DNA from: a candidate division FCPU426 bacterium
GTDB taxonomy: Bacteria; Oederibacteriota; PGYV01; Palsa-1178
Length of the DNA stretch: 64,000 bases
Reading direction: 5' to 3'
NCBI GenBank assembly: GCA_963840035.1
Contig: CAWIXE010000002.1
Span: 928,001-992,000, forward strand
Shown here: in pieces, positions 27,418 to 37,742 of the stretch
How positions within the stretch are numbered: the stretch's first letter is position 1
Layout: every line of letters starts with the position of its first letter
Position numbers and translations under genes: made by a program
The notes under the pieces: generated by a model
Seen by the model: the letters and a program-made list of their open reading frames with translations, nothing else
Told to the model about the DNA's origin: nothing
Database searches by the model: none

Positions 27418-27967
27418 TCCGCTTGCCCCCTGTTTGAATTATAAAACCTTTCTTTATCACCCTTCTATGTTTAGAGGGGGCAAGCCCCCTCTCTACAAAA
27501 TCTAAATACGTTTAAGGGCAATTAACAATTGTGGTCTATCGCGCTGGGGCGCGATTGTTTTGGGCCTTAAAACAATGAACAATGAACAACTGCATCTCTA
27601 CAATCCCGCACTTTATAATAGAAAGTGCCATAGCACACCATAATTATTAATTGTTAATTGCCATAGAAAGGATAATTCTGATTATTTCCGTTTTGCATCA
27701 TGACTTCCTTTATTATTGTATTCCCCGAAGAAATCCTACCACACACACACATTCATTTCAACCCAAACAGCTGTTCCTTTTTAGGAAAATCTTTTTTCTC
27801 CGACCCTTGGTCGGCCCCGGTGCCGACACGCATAAAATCCAAATACGAACCGGCAGGGCAAATTAGCGCCGCGGTTAATAAAAAAAATGTTTATCAGAGC
27901 ACACTTGAAATTTTCCTGTATTTATGCAAATATATTAAACAACAATATTGATCCGGGGGGTTCTTTC

Positions 27968-28528
27968 ATGGCAAAAAAAATTGTAATGTTTATTTCTGTT
28001 TTAATGATGCTTTCGTCATTTCAGGCGTGCAAGAACACTTCTCCATCAACGCCCGCGGCATCAACCCCGGGAATGACTTTTACAGTCACCGTAACCAGCT
28101 CGCGGACAGCCACTTATACGCGGACGCCTTCCGCGACTTATACGCGCACAATCACACCGACTTTCACAATGACGCCCTCTTTTACAGCCACGCGCACTTC
28201 CACGCCGGCGCATTCTCCGACAGCGACTGCCACATATACATTTAACCCGCTGCTTACTTCCCTGTCTCCTGACACGGGCACATTCAACACCGGGGATATT
28301 GTCCCTATTACCATTTATATTAACCAGCCATCGCCTGCAGGCGGAACTCAAATAGCCCTTAATACCACCGGCGGCTGCGCCAGCGTGGCTCCAATCGCCT
28401 TAATCGCAGGAGGCATGAGCAGCTGCACCATAAACATGACTGTCGGTGTTGTCCCTTGCTCCGGAGGTCTGGTCGCCACGCTTTCAACAAGCACAGTAAC
28501 AGGATCATATGACGTGGTTGCGCCATAA
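27968..28528 (+). CDS. Lipoprotein with Thr-rich stalk and Ig-like head
   Basis: FQAC-KNTSPSTP, TxT linker, PSPAGGTQIAL. Confidence 0.7.
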   Translation: MAKKIVMFISVLMMLSSFQACKNTSPSTPAASTPGMTFTVTVTSSRTATYTRTPSATYTRTITPTFTMTPSFTATRTSTPAHSPTATATYTFNPLLTSLSPDTGTFNTGDIVPITIYINQPSPAGGTQIALNTTGGCASVAPIALIAGGMSSCTINMTVGVVPCSGGLVATLSTSTVTGSYDVVAP

Positions 28529-28732
28529 ATCAATTGCAATAGGCCATATTTCCGTTTACAGGTTGTCATTGCGAGGTGCCGTATTTGTTTTATGGCGACG
28601 AAGTCGACCGCTAGAAAATCAAACGTTTATTATTGGTTAATTAACAATTATGGCGCAGCTATATTATTATTATAAAAAAGTGCGTAAGCACACCATAATT
28701 GTCAATTCTTAATTGTAAATTGTTAATTGTTT

Positions 28733-29152
28733 TCACACACCTTCAAGTATTGTCGTAAAAATATCGTGGTGTTCCTCTTCATCCTTGAGTATGTGCTCGA
28801 AAATCTCTTTTGTCGTATAATCCTTCTCCTCCTGCGCCAGCTCCACTATCTGTTTGTAAAGCGCAATTGCGACCTCTTCATCCTTTTTGTTCTGTTCTAA
28901 CATTTCCTTCAGACCGTTGCCGACATTTATCGGCGTCGGTTTTGCCGTGGGCACGCCGCCTAAGTAGTTAAGCCTTTCCGCTATCATTTCCGCGTGTTTC
29001 ATCTCCTGTATGGCTATTTTTTTAAACTCATCTTTTACAGCAAAAGCCTTTGCGCCTGACCATAGCACGTGCTGCCACATGTACTGTATCGAGACCTGCA
29101 GTTCCCGCGCGATACCGTCGTTCAACAACCCAAGCAGTTTTTCCGAAGCCAT
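28733..29152 (-). CDS. Bacterioferritin-like / ferritin-like diiron protein
   Basis: ARELQVSIQY, QEMKHAE...ERLNYLGG, DEEEHH. Confidence 0.85.
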   Translation of the reverse strand: MASEKLLGLLNDGIARELQVSIQYMWQHVLWSGAKAFAVKDEFKKIAIQEMKHAEMIAERLNYLGGVPTAKPTPINVGNGLKEMLEQNKKDEEVAIALYKQIVELAQEEKDYTTKEIFEHILKDEEEHHDIFTTILEGV

Positions 29153-29257
29153 AACCACCCTCCTCATATTTTTTTACTCCCAATTTCGCCGCAATTCAGG
29201 TTTTGTTATTTAATTATAATAACAATGTGCCGCCGCACACCATAATTGTTAATTGTA

Positions 29258-29887
29258 TTAAAGCACCACCTGCACCGTCCCCCTGTTCGCCGGCATGCCC
29301 GGCGCGCTTATCGTGTCTTCGCCGTCCAGCCCATTTGTCATTATTATCCAGTAACTGTTCCCTGGAATCAGCAGGAAATCCTGGCTATTCGCGTCGTTTG
29401 AAAGGGGGATTGTGTATCTGAGAGTCGTTATTCCGCCCGTTTCAGTGCCTGATACCGCTGATGTGTTGTCAATAACATCGGGGCTGTGGACATGAAAACC
29501 GCCGAACTGGTCGGATACGACGGTTGTTCCGCCTGAAACATAGCCGATAATAATGTTCGCGCCGTTCATCTGCGCCGCGGAATTAAATCCAAGGCCGATC
29601 CATCCCGTGGTGGGCGCGCTCACTACGCAGTCCAGGTTCGCGCCGTTTACCTTCCACCGGAACGTTATGCCGGCCGCTGACGCCGTGGAAAAGCCGTCAG
29701 GTGTGGGTGTGACGGTCGGAGTGAAAGTGAGAGTACGCGTCATGGAGGGCGTCAGCGATTGAGCAATGGTGGCGGTCATGGTTATCGCGGGCGTATTTGA
29801 CGGGCCCGCGGGATTTGTCTGTTTACTGCAAAAAGTCAGCAATAAAACAACAGCTGTCAAAAGCAAAACAGTAACGGCCTTTTTCAT
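29258..29887 (-). CDS. DOMON domain lipoprotein with Thr-rich stalk
   Basis: APTTGWIGLGFN...MNGANIIIGYV...SDQFG. Confidence 0.8.
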   Translation of the reverse strand: MKKAVTVLLLTAVVLLLTFCSKQTNPAGPSNTPAITMTATIAQSLTPSMTRTLTFTPTVTPTPDGFSTASAAGITFRWKVNGANLDCVVSAPTTGWIGLGFNSAAQMNGANIIIGYVSGGTTVVSDQFGGFHVHSPDVIDNTSAVSGTETGGITTLRYTIPLSNDANSQDFLLIPGNSYWIIMTNGLDGEDTISAPGMPANRGTVQVVL

Positions 29888-29898
29888 TTATTCCCCCG

Positions 29899-30807
29899 CT
29901 AAGTTTTTTTATGCTTTAAAAACGTCCCGTTCTCATACTCATCAAAAGCCACGCGCAGCTCTTCCCTTGTGTTCATGACTATGGGCCCGTACCACGCGAC
30001 CGGCTCCTTTAAGGGTTTGCCGGAAATAAGCAGGAACCTCGCTCCTTTTATTCCCGCTTTTACGGTTATGCCGTCCCCGCCGGAGAATATTACGAGGTTT
30101 TCTTTTTCCGTAAAATCATTAATTGCTTCTGCCGCATAATACTTTTCCGGGTCACCTGTAAAATCCGCCGCCTGTTCGCCAAAATTACCGCTGCCTTCAA
30201 AGATAAATGCCATGGCCGCGTGGTCAGGGCTGATACTGCGCGTGAAAACAATTCCGGGTTCAAGCGTGATGTCCATGTATTCGGGGGCAATGACTATGTC
30301 CTTTACAGGTCCTGTAACCGCGTCTATTTTCCCGGCTACGACCCTTATGATTGCGCCGTCCGTTTTTACCACAGGTATGGCGCTGCTTTTGACTTCCCTG
30401 TACCGCGGTTCCATCATTTTATTTTTTGCCGGAAGGTTCGCCCACAGCTGGAAACCGTGCATAGCGCCCTTAGCCCCGCCTTTTGGCATTTCCTGGTGTA
30501 TGATGCCGCTGCCCGCCGTCATCCACTGCACATCACCCTGCGAGATGACGCCGCTGTTTCCCATGGAATCGCCGTGTTCCACCGCACCTTCGAGCATGTA
30601 TGTGATGGTCTCTATGCCGCGGTGCGGGTGCCATGGGAATCCGGCCACGTAGTCTGCCGGGTCATTTGACTTGAAATGGTCGAGCAGGAGGAACGGGTCT
30701 GCAGGGTTGTCAGGGGAAAAACCCAGCGCCCTTTTAAGTCTTACGCCCGCGCCTTCAAGCACGGGTTTCGCCCTTGTTATGGATTTTATCTTCATGTGAT
30801 TATTCAT
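29899..30807 (-). CDS. Pirin family protein
   Basis: DPFLLLDHF, FPWHPHRGIETITY, VQWMTAGSGIIHQE, YGPIVMNT. Confidence 0.95.
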   Translation of the reverse strand: MNNHMKIKSITRAKPVLEGAGVRLKRALGFSPDNPADPFLLLDHFKSNDPADYVAGFPWHPHRGIETITYMLEGAVEHGDSMGNSGVISQGDVQWMTAGSGIIHQEMPKGGAKGAMHGFQLWANLPAKNKMMEPRYREVKSSAIPVVKTDGAIIRVVAGKIDAVTGPVKDIVIAPEYMDITLEPGIVFTRSISPDHAAMAFIFEGSGNFGEQAADFTGDPEKYYAAEAINDFTEKENLVIFSGGDGITVKAGIKGARFLLISGKPLKEPVAWYGPIVMNTREELRVAFDEYENGTFLKHKKT

Positions 30808-30832
30808 TTTAATATCACCTGAACTGAGGGCA

Positions 30833-31420
30833 TTATTTCCCGCCAGAATGGTTATGCATTACAAATTCCCAGTTGATAAGCGGCCAGAAAGCGTCCACGT
30901 ATTCCGCCCTTCTGTTGCGGTAATCTATGTAGTAGGCATGTTCCCATACGTCAAGCACCAGTAACGGCTTTTTCCCTTCTGTGAGGGGGTTGCCAGCGTT
31001 CTGGGTCTTCATGATGGAAATGCTGTCGCCAGCGTCATCCACGAGCCACACCCAGCCGGAACCGAAGACCTCCATCGCGGCTTTGGAAAATGCCCCCTTG
31101 AATCCGTCCAGCGAGCCAAACGACTTGTTTATAAGCAGTGTAAAGCCTTCGTCAAGCTCCGGTTCATGCTTCGTGCTAAGGCAGTTCCAGAAAAAGGAAT
31201 GGTTCCAGTGCTGCGCCGCGTTGTTAAAAACAGGGCCTGACGCCTTAAGTACTATATCGTCTAAAGCCATGTTTTCGAACTCAGTACCTTTTATAAGCCT
31301 GTTAAGGTTGTCCACGTAAGCTTTATGGTGCTTTCCATAATGGTACTCAAAAGTCTCGGCAGAAATCTTTGGCGCGAAAGCGCCTGTTGAAAAATGAAGA
31401 TTTGGAAGTTTATGTTCCAT
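30833..31420 (-). CDS. sodB: Fe/Mn superoxide dismutase, Fe-type signature
   Basis: HYGKHHKAYV, FNNAAQHWNHSFFW, DVWEHAYY. Confidence 0.92.
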   Translation of the reverse strand: MEHKLPNLHFSTGAFAPKISAETFEYHYGKHHKAYVDNLNRLIKGTEFENMALDDIVLKASGPVFNNAAQHWNHSFFWNCLSTKHEPELDEGFTLLINKSFGSLDGFKGAFSKAAMEVFGSGWVWLVDDAGDSISIMKTQNAGNPLTEGKKPLLVLDVWEHAYYIDYRNRRAEYVDAFWPLINWEFVMHNHSGGK

Positions 31421-31577
31421 GTGTGCCTCCTAAAAATGCGGTAAATATACCGGCAAGGGTTTTAGTTTAGAGGTTTGTTTGGAGTCCGTACTACAAATAT
31501 AGCATTAAAAACGGCAGTGTCAATGGTAAGCCGGAAAATAAATGTCGATTGCCTGTTGCCATTTTCATAATTAGGCG

Positions 31578-31676
31578 ATTGGTACCAGGCCTCAATTTAA
31601 CAGTTTGTGTATATAATCATGTGCAGCTGGACCATGCTCATTTTTATAACTATTGACCCTGGGTCTGGACCAATTT
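31578..31676. repeat. REPIN-like inverted repeat, family A (degenerate)
   Basis: attggtaccaggcc ... gggtctggaccaat. Confidence 0.6.
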
Positions 31677-32270
31677 TTTATCAACCTTTGCCAGCCCGGC
31701 CAAAATTGCCGGGCCCATAAGCAGGATGCCTGAAAGCAAAAATCCCTAGCACAAGTATTCCTTCCACGATATCGCGTGCGCGATACCCGGGGGTATCAGG
31801 ATAATCCATACAGCCACTCCTGCGGCTATGCAAGAGTAGGATGAGACGATGATAATCTTCCAGTTTTTCCTGAGCGTATCCCCCATTCTGCCCGATAAAG
31901 CATTTCCCAGCCATTTATAAGGCCCTTTTATCTGGGTTGAGGCAAAGATGGTATAAAGGAAAAAGAGGGTAAAAGCCACGCCGCCGCCGGTTAAAAAAAG
32001 CGCCAGGCACAGGAGCGTAAATACCGGAGTATAATATTTGCTGTTAACTCCGGATAATGCCCACTTTACAATAAGCATACCCACAATGGCCGAGGCCATG
32101 CCTGTATACAGGTAGTTCGGGATAAGCGTCATCGCGCCTATGGAATCCAACATCATGCCGGCTGTGGGCGTATTTCCCTTTTGCATGGCTGATATGGCGT
32201 GTATAATTCCCTGTGCGCCTATGAAGACGGAATTAATTACCACAAAAATCCCTGTTCTGTTGACTTTCAT
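31650..32270 (-). pseudogene. Membrane protein with an in-frame TAG at 31746-31748
   Basis: EYLC*GFLLSGILLMGPAILAGLAKVDKK: a hydrophobic helix continues in frame after the stop. Confidence 0.55.
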
Positions 32271-32307
32271 AATAAACCCCCCCGATATTTTCGTGCTGGA
32301 CGCTAAA

Positions 32308-32868
32308 TCAAATCAGTGACAGCGTCCATTCTTTTATCTTTTCCCAGTCCCTGAAGTCCCCGAACTTTTCTATTCCCATAAAAAGTTTTGCCATGAACCT
32401 CTCAAAACCGCTTTTAGGCTCGCCTATCATACCGCCAAAGACCGCTGTTGAGACAGGGGTAAAACCCACTGCCACCATTTCAGGGTAATGTCCGGCTTTT
32501 TCCCTCGTGCCTTGATTTGATGAAGTGATTGTGGCGCACATGATAAAAACCGCCACGGGAACTTTGCCAAGGGCTTCCCTGTTCTTTTGAACATACGCTA
32601 TGATATCGGGGTGCGGGGCGGCGCCGTGTATCGCCGAACCTAAAATCACAAGGTCATACCCCGACAAATCGCCTGACGCCTGTGAAGCCGCGGAAATTTC
32701 AGCCTTGCATCCGGCCTTATCCAGAGTTTTTTTCATATACTCAGCTGTTTCTTTTGTGGACCCCATGAACGACCCGTATACCAAGTAAACTTTTTTCATT
32801 TTACCTTCCTTCGCGTAGCCGGCCGGGAACAGCGCCATGGCCAAAATAATTATCAGAAATTTTTTCAT
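32308..32868 (-). CDS. Flavodoxin-domain protein (HemG-like) with signal peptide
   Basis: VYGSFMGSTKETAE, YDLVILGSAIH, GDFRDWEKIKEW. Confidence 0.85.
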   Translation of the reverse strand: MKKFLIIILAMALFPAGYAKEGKMKKVYLVYGSFMGSTKETAEYMKKTLDKAGCKAEISAASQASGDLSGYDLVILGSAIHGAAPHPDIIAYVQKNREALGKVPVAVFIMCATITSSNQGTREKAGHYPEMVAVGFTPVSTAVFGGMIGEPKSGFERFMAKLFMGIEKFGDFRDWEKIKEWTLSLI

Positions 32869-33439
32869 AAAACCTCCGGTGAAGTATAGGTTCCATATCG
32901 GCATATTTTTTATTAATAAGCTGATTCTAATTTACCTTCAGCATCATTATACACAAACACAAAACAGTTTCAACTCCGCACTTGCCGTTGATGCTGTTGC
33001 CATCATGTCCGCATTTGATTAAACAGCCGCGCAAACATCCCATATTTTTCATATTCAATGATGTTATGACGTCATTAATTCGGGTTGTATATTGCCGTCT
33101 ATTTGTCAGGTTTATAAGCTCTTTATCTTGTATTGTTTAAACATTTAACAATCATGTTATGAAACCGCGCGCCATCTGACAGAACCAAAAAACAAACCCG
33201 TCTTGCTTTGCGGCGCGTCAGGGTATATATGGGTATTAAGAAGTTCTTTTTTCCGCTCTTGTAGCAGGCGCATTATATGCGCCCGTACGCAGTGCCGGCC
33301 GGACAAGATTATGCAGGCACAGAACAAGATCAGCCACAAAGGCCAATACAGCTTCACCTCACCCTACCCTCTCCTAAGAGGAGAGGGAGAAAAAGGCTAT
33401 AAAGTGACAACGGCAATAAAAACTAAACGGAGGTGGCTT

Positions 33440-33919
33440 ATGAAAGACTTCCTGTCGGGCATTATCTCTTACTTCTTTCTCTTCATACTTGTCCCCGGTT
33501 TTAGTTTCTGCTTCCTCTCTTTATTCGCTGTTTCCCCTGTTTTTACAACCGGGCTGTTCTTCATCATTGGCGCGTGTTTTACCGTGGCTTTTGTCATTGT
33601 CGCGAGCGATTCCGCCATACGGGGCAATACCGAGGAAGCGCGGCTTGAAGAGACGCGGGAGTATCATCAGGCAATGTTTGATTTTAGCAGGCCGGAGTAC
33701 GTGCCGGGGGTGGTTCAGAAGTCCATATACACTTCAGGAAATAAGTTTGAGCTGGAGATTGGCGGCAAACAGTTTATCGCGTATATCCACAACGACGGTT
33801 CCGTATTACTCAAGAACCTTAAGTCAGGTAAGTCAAAATCCATTTCAATTATCGAACTCCGCAAACTACGCGCGCAGGAGCGTACTTATCAAGGAAGAAA
33901 AAATTTAAGCTGGGACTAG
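33440..33919 (+). CDS. Hypothetical membrane protein
   Basis: GGAGG RBS before ATG 33440, two N-terminal TMs. Confidence 0.6.
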   Translation: MKDFLSGIISYFFLFILVPGFSFCFLSLFAVSPVFTTGLFFIIGACFTVAFVIVASDSAIRGNTEEARLEETREYHQAMFDFSRPEYVPGVVQKSIYTSGNKFELEIGGKQFIAYIHNDGSVLLKNLKSGKSKSISIIELRKLRAQERTYQGRKNLSWD

Positions 33920-33957
33920 ACGGCCAAACCGCATTATAATCTTTTTGTATTATGACA

Positions 33958-34539
33958 TTATTTAAACTCAAGCCTTATATTTGCGCCGAACTTCAGCCCT
34001 GACATGGGCACATATCTTTCGCCGTCATATACTTCCGCTGATAACAGCCTGTATCCAGCATGCGCGCCGAGTATGACAAGTCCTATATCATTGATTGAAT
34101 TCGTTACATATGTTCCGCTGAATTTCGTGGATTTTTCACGCAATACATTTACCTTAAGTTCCAGCCCGGCGTCCGCGTCAGCCACATAAGCGTTAACCCC
34201 ATTTTGCGCAGACGTTGCGCGGGCGTAGCCGTTGTACGCGCAGGCAATGATGTTGAAAGGGTCTGTTTTAGGGAAAAGCATTATGTAAGTGCCTAACATG
34301 GCCGGAATTACAAGGGTATCTTCGTTATACTGTATGCCGGTCCTTATGCCTATGCCGCAGCGTTCATTGTAGCGCACACCCAGGTCAAAATCGCCGTAAA
34401 ACCCGCCCCTGTTGTTATTTAAAACTATGCTGCCAAGATAAACATTTGAATCAATGACTGCAAAACAGCACGGAGCCGTAAAAATCAAGGCCAGAAGGAT
34501 AAAAAATGATACTTTTTGTTTGTTGCTTATCCGAGCCAT
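33958..34539 (-). CDS. Putative outer-membrane beta-barrel protein
   Basis: Signal peptide, alternating beta strands, terminal GANIRLEFK. Confidence 0.55.
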   Translation of the reverse strand: MARISNKQKVSFFILLALIFTAPCCFAVIDSNVYLGSIVLNNNRGGFYGDFDLGVRYNERCGIGIRTGIQYNEDTLVIPAMLGTYIMLFPKTDPFNIIACAYNGYARATSAQNGVNAYVADADAGLELKVNVLREKSTKFSGTYVTNSINDIGLVILGAHAGYRLLSAEVYDGERYVPMSGLKFGANIRLEFK

Positions 34540-35322
34540 TTATCTTGTAAACTTGATGTTATCCAGACTGAATTCCTCATAAAAACTCAGGCCTGACGGC
34601 GCTATAGTATTAGTATTGATATTTACCTGGTATACATTGCCCAATACCGCCCCCGGCGTTCCGGTAAACGCTGATAAAGGTATGCTTGCGGACTGCCACG
34701 TGTTATCGCTTACGGCATTTAACGCGTAGTAAAGGGATGTGCCATACGGGTTATATATTTTAATCTCCAGTTTTAAGGCCGCAGTAGCCTTAATTTTGTA
34801 ATCAAAATTAAGATATGTCATATCAGTAATTGAAATGCCGGTTGACGTAGCGCTTGTTGTGATTGTTGCCATCAGAAGCTGCAGGTCGTAATCACCGCCG
34901 AATGAGGCTGTTCCCGTGACAGAGTAGTAATAATTACCGTTCAGCGGGCCTTTGTCAAGCCATGCCAGCCCGCCTGAAACTATATGGCTGCACGGGACCA
35001 TGCAGAAGTAATGCGTGTCGTTCACGCAGTCAGAACACGCGATCTTATTCACCGTGTCTCCGTCCTCGTAATCGTCTATCACGATTGGCCCGGGCGTATG
35101 CGTGTTTGTAACAGTCGGGGTTGCCGTGGCGGTTGAAGTCACGGTAAAGGACGGTGTGCAGGTCTGCGAAGGCGTCTGCGTAGCGGTATCCTGCTGTGTC
35201 CACGTGCAGGTAGCTGTCGCGGTATCTGACACAGACGGCGATGACGGCGAACTTTTTTTATGGCAGCTGAACATAAATACGGCCGAGATAAAGACAAGAA
35301 TGATTGAAACAACCTTTTTCAT
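34540..35322 (-). CDS. Lipoprotein with Thr-rich stalk and CBM11-like head
   Basis: MFSC-HKKSSPSSP, VIDDYEDGD, WQSASIPLSAF, LDNIKF. Confidence 0.75.
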   Translation of the reverse strand: MKKVVSIILVFISAVFMFSCHKKSSPSSPSVSDTATATCTWTQQDTATQTPSQTCTPSFTVTSTATATPTVTNTHTPGPIVIDDYEDGDTVNKIACSDCVNDTHYFCMVPCSHIVSGGLAWLDKGPLNGNYYYSVTGTASFGGDYDLQLLMATITTSATSTGISITDMTYLNFDYKIKATAALKLEIKIYNPYGTSLYYALNAVSDNTWQSASIPLSAFTGTPGAVLGNVYQVNINTNTIAPSGLSFYEEFSLDNIKFTR

Positions 35323-35414
35323 GAAAACCTCCCTGAATATTTTATTAATATTAAACAAATACCGGTTATTAATCAAGCACGAAATATGAGGCGCGGTTTC
35401 ATAAAATAACGCGT

Positions 35415-35822
35415 TTATTCTTCGCTTCCGGGCCTGTATTTCCTGTCATTTTTTCTCTGGCTGTTTTTACGCTTATCCCTGAGTATCATCCTTTTGATGG
35501 ATTTCGGCCTGCCGGCTTTTTTCTTTTTAAGATTCAGAGCCTCAGCCTTTGCCGCCTGCCTAGCCGCGTCCCTTTTTTTCTCTATCCGCTCAGCCATAAT
35601 TTCCCTGGCGCGTATGCGGTTAAGCCCCTGTGAGCGTTCTTCCATGCATTTAACCTCAATGTTTTCCTTAGCGCATGTAAGCCGGACAGCGGATGATACT
35701 TTGTTTACATTCTGCCCGCCTTTTCCTCCGGCGTGAATGAACTGTTCTGTCATGTCACGCTCATGAACTCCGAGCTTTAAAAGCCTCAAATTGACGGCTT
35801 CAAGACGTGATATGGGAATCAT
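35415..35822 (-). CDS. Peptidyl-tRNA hydrolase / release-factor-like protein (ArfB-like)
   Basis: GGKGGQNVNKVSSAV, ERSQGLNR, basic C-terminal tail. Confidence 0.85.
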   Translation of the reverse strand: MIPISRLEAVNLRLLKLGVHERDMTEQFIHAGGKGGQNVNKVSSAVRLTCAKENIEVKCMEERSQGLNRIRAREIMAERIEKKRDAARQAAKAEALNLKKKKAGRPKSIKRMILRDKRKNSQRKNDRKYRPGSEE

Positions 35823-36170
35823 AAGTTAAATACCTCCTATAAATTCACCCTTTTATGTTTTAAAAACAAATTATTATAACATCTTTAGGGTAAAGAAGTA
35901 ACCTGGTTTATCACCCCTCCGGGTTTAGAGCGGGCATGCGCTTTCCCCCTCAAACAATTGCTTCAGCGCAAAGACGCCTCTTCTCTCCATACCCGCATCA
36001 ACAAGGAATGAAAGCAGCTTTTTCGCGTCTTTTAAGCTGTTATCAGCCTTAAAGCTACAGAAATAGGAACTTAAGCACATTGACACAAAAAAAAATCGTC
36101 ACCAGAAGTATAAGGGATAATTTCGCATTCCGTTATGGAGTTTGGGTAAATCAGGATAATTTCAGGTTTT

Positions 36171-37034
36171 CTAGACTTTTTTCTTTCCGCTTTTTTTAAG
36201 CGGTTTTAAAATCCGCGCGGCCCTGCCGTCTTTTAGAACAGGCCGTTTGTATTTTCTCTTTATTTCAGGTTTTCTTCCCAAACAAATACCGGCAGCCAGC
36301 ATAATGACCGAGAACAAGGCAATACTAGCCGATATTATCATATTTTCCAGATATGGCGTTAATACAATTACAAGCGGAACTGACGCCAGCACAAATCCGA
36401 CCAGCGTTAAAGAAATATTCCTGATTCTAATTCCCAAACCCGCTATATACATCCCTGTTGCTGTTATAACAGTCAGAAACATGACCAGCCATGTATAATC
36501 CGTTTTAGGCTTCGTTATATTTGTGCCTTTATTCTTCACAGGCGCAAGGCTCCGCACACTCGCGTACTCTGAAAGCTTTTGTATAACAGCGAGTATTCCA
36601 TCCCCATACATTCCCTGATTGAAATACGGCGTCAAAATCTGGCTTATGCTGCCGATAGCTGAACCATCAGGCATGCCTGCGTCATTGCCGTATCCTATGA
36701 CAGCCCTCATTTCCCCGTTTCGCTTTATTACAAGCACCATTACGCCGTTATCCCTGCCATTTATTCCCAAGGCCCATCTTTTATATAAAACCTTTACAAT
36801 ATTGCCCGGGGCCTCAGTATTATTGTCGGAATTTAATGTAACCACCGCAAATTCCAGCCCATTTTCCTTATCAGCCAATTCAATCTGCTTGGTTAGGCGC
36901 TCTTCGGAGGCACTGTCTATAATACCCGCAAAATCACTGATGGGGCCTTTGGAATTAAGGTCATATATTGACTGCGCGGATATATGTGCGGAAAAAAATA
37001 AAGCAAATATCGCTGATATAAAATTCCTTATCAC
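36171..37034 (-). CDS. TPM domain membrane protein
   Basis: ISDFAGII, RWALG...DNGVMVLV, IGYG, PYFNQGMYGDGI. Confidence 0.8.
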   Translation of the reverse strand: MIRNFISAIFALFFSAHISAQSIYDLNSKGPISDFAGIIDSASEERLTKQIELADKENGLEFAVVTLNSDNNTEAPGNIVKVLYKRWALGINGRDNGVMVLVIKRNGEMRAVIGYGNDAGMPDGSAIGSISQILTPYFNQGMYGDGILAVIQKLSEYASVRSLAPVKNKGTNITKPKTDYTWLVMFLTVITATGMYIAGLGIRIRNISLTLVGFVLASVPLVIVLTPYLENMIISASIALFSVIMLAAGICLGRKPEIKRKYKRPVLKDGRAARILKPLKKSGKKKV

Positions 37035-37133
37035 GGCGCTCCTTTTGCGGACAAATTAAAATTTTAATTTTTGCCGGCCTTAAATTATTATAATTAAAAT
37101 AATGCAGCCGCGCACATTAATTGTTAATTGCCT

Positions 37134-37664
37134 TTAAAAAATTTCCAGCCTGTCCACACAAAGCTCCACGCTTTCATGCGGCTGGCCCAGTGTGACAAAC
37201 TGAATTTCTTTTATGGCGGTAAGGGCGGCCTTTAGCTCGACTTTACTCCCCCATCCCTGCTGCTGAAAAAGGTTCGCGTAGTGTATTTCCGTCTGGCCCC
37301 ACTGGTCAGTGGTGCGGAAGTCATTGCCGAAGTGGTTGTCGGAATCCTTATCCTTAAAATCCGGGTGCGTGGATACCAGCTTTACCCTGTACTTTTTCCC
37401 GTCGCCTTTGTGCCAGAAACGCAGCCCGTGCTTCGCGCTGATGTCAAAGGGCTTCTTTACATCCTTCGGGCTTAAATAATACCCCATACCCACAAATCCA
37501 AATTGAAATTTAACAGTGACCTTTCCGGCCATGCGCGCGCATTCACCGTCGCCTTTAACACCGGGTTTTGACATTATAAATGTTTCTCCGGAATGTGGTG
37601 TTACCTTTGAATCACCGCCCGCAGGGTTGTCATCATATGTGTACCAAAAGCCATTTTCCATCAT
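37134..37664 (-). CDS. CIA30/CBM11-like domain protein
   Basis: WYTYDD...GGDS, GLRFWHKGDGKKY, VDRLEIF. No signal peptide. Confidence 0.75.
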   Translation of the reverse strand: MMENGFWYTYDDNPAGGDSKVTPHSGETFIMSKPGVKGDGECARMAGKVTVKFQFGFVGMGYYLSPKDVKKPFDISAKHGLRFWHKGDGKKYRVKLVSTHPDFKDKDSDNHFGNDFRTTDQWGQTEIHYANLFQQQGWGSKVELKAALTAIKEIQFVTLGQPHESVELCVDRLEIF

Positions 37665-37742
37665 GTGTGTCCTCCTTATTTATGATGCATAATTATATCA
37701 TTTTTAAAGGCTTTTTTGTACCGGTCAAAATAATAGATATTT

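Noticed and set aside
35925..36128. Small frameshifted minus-strand membrane protein across an A9 tract
   Set aside because: Needs two corrections to obtain a start and continuous frame, and no family is recognisable.
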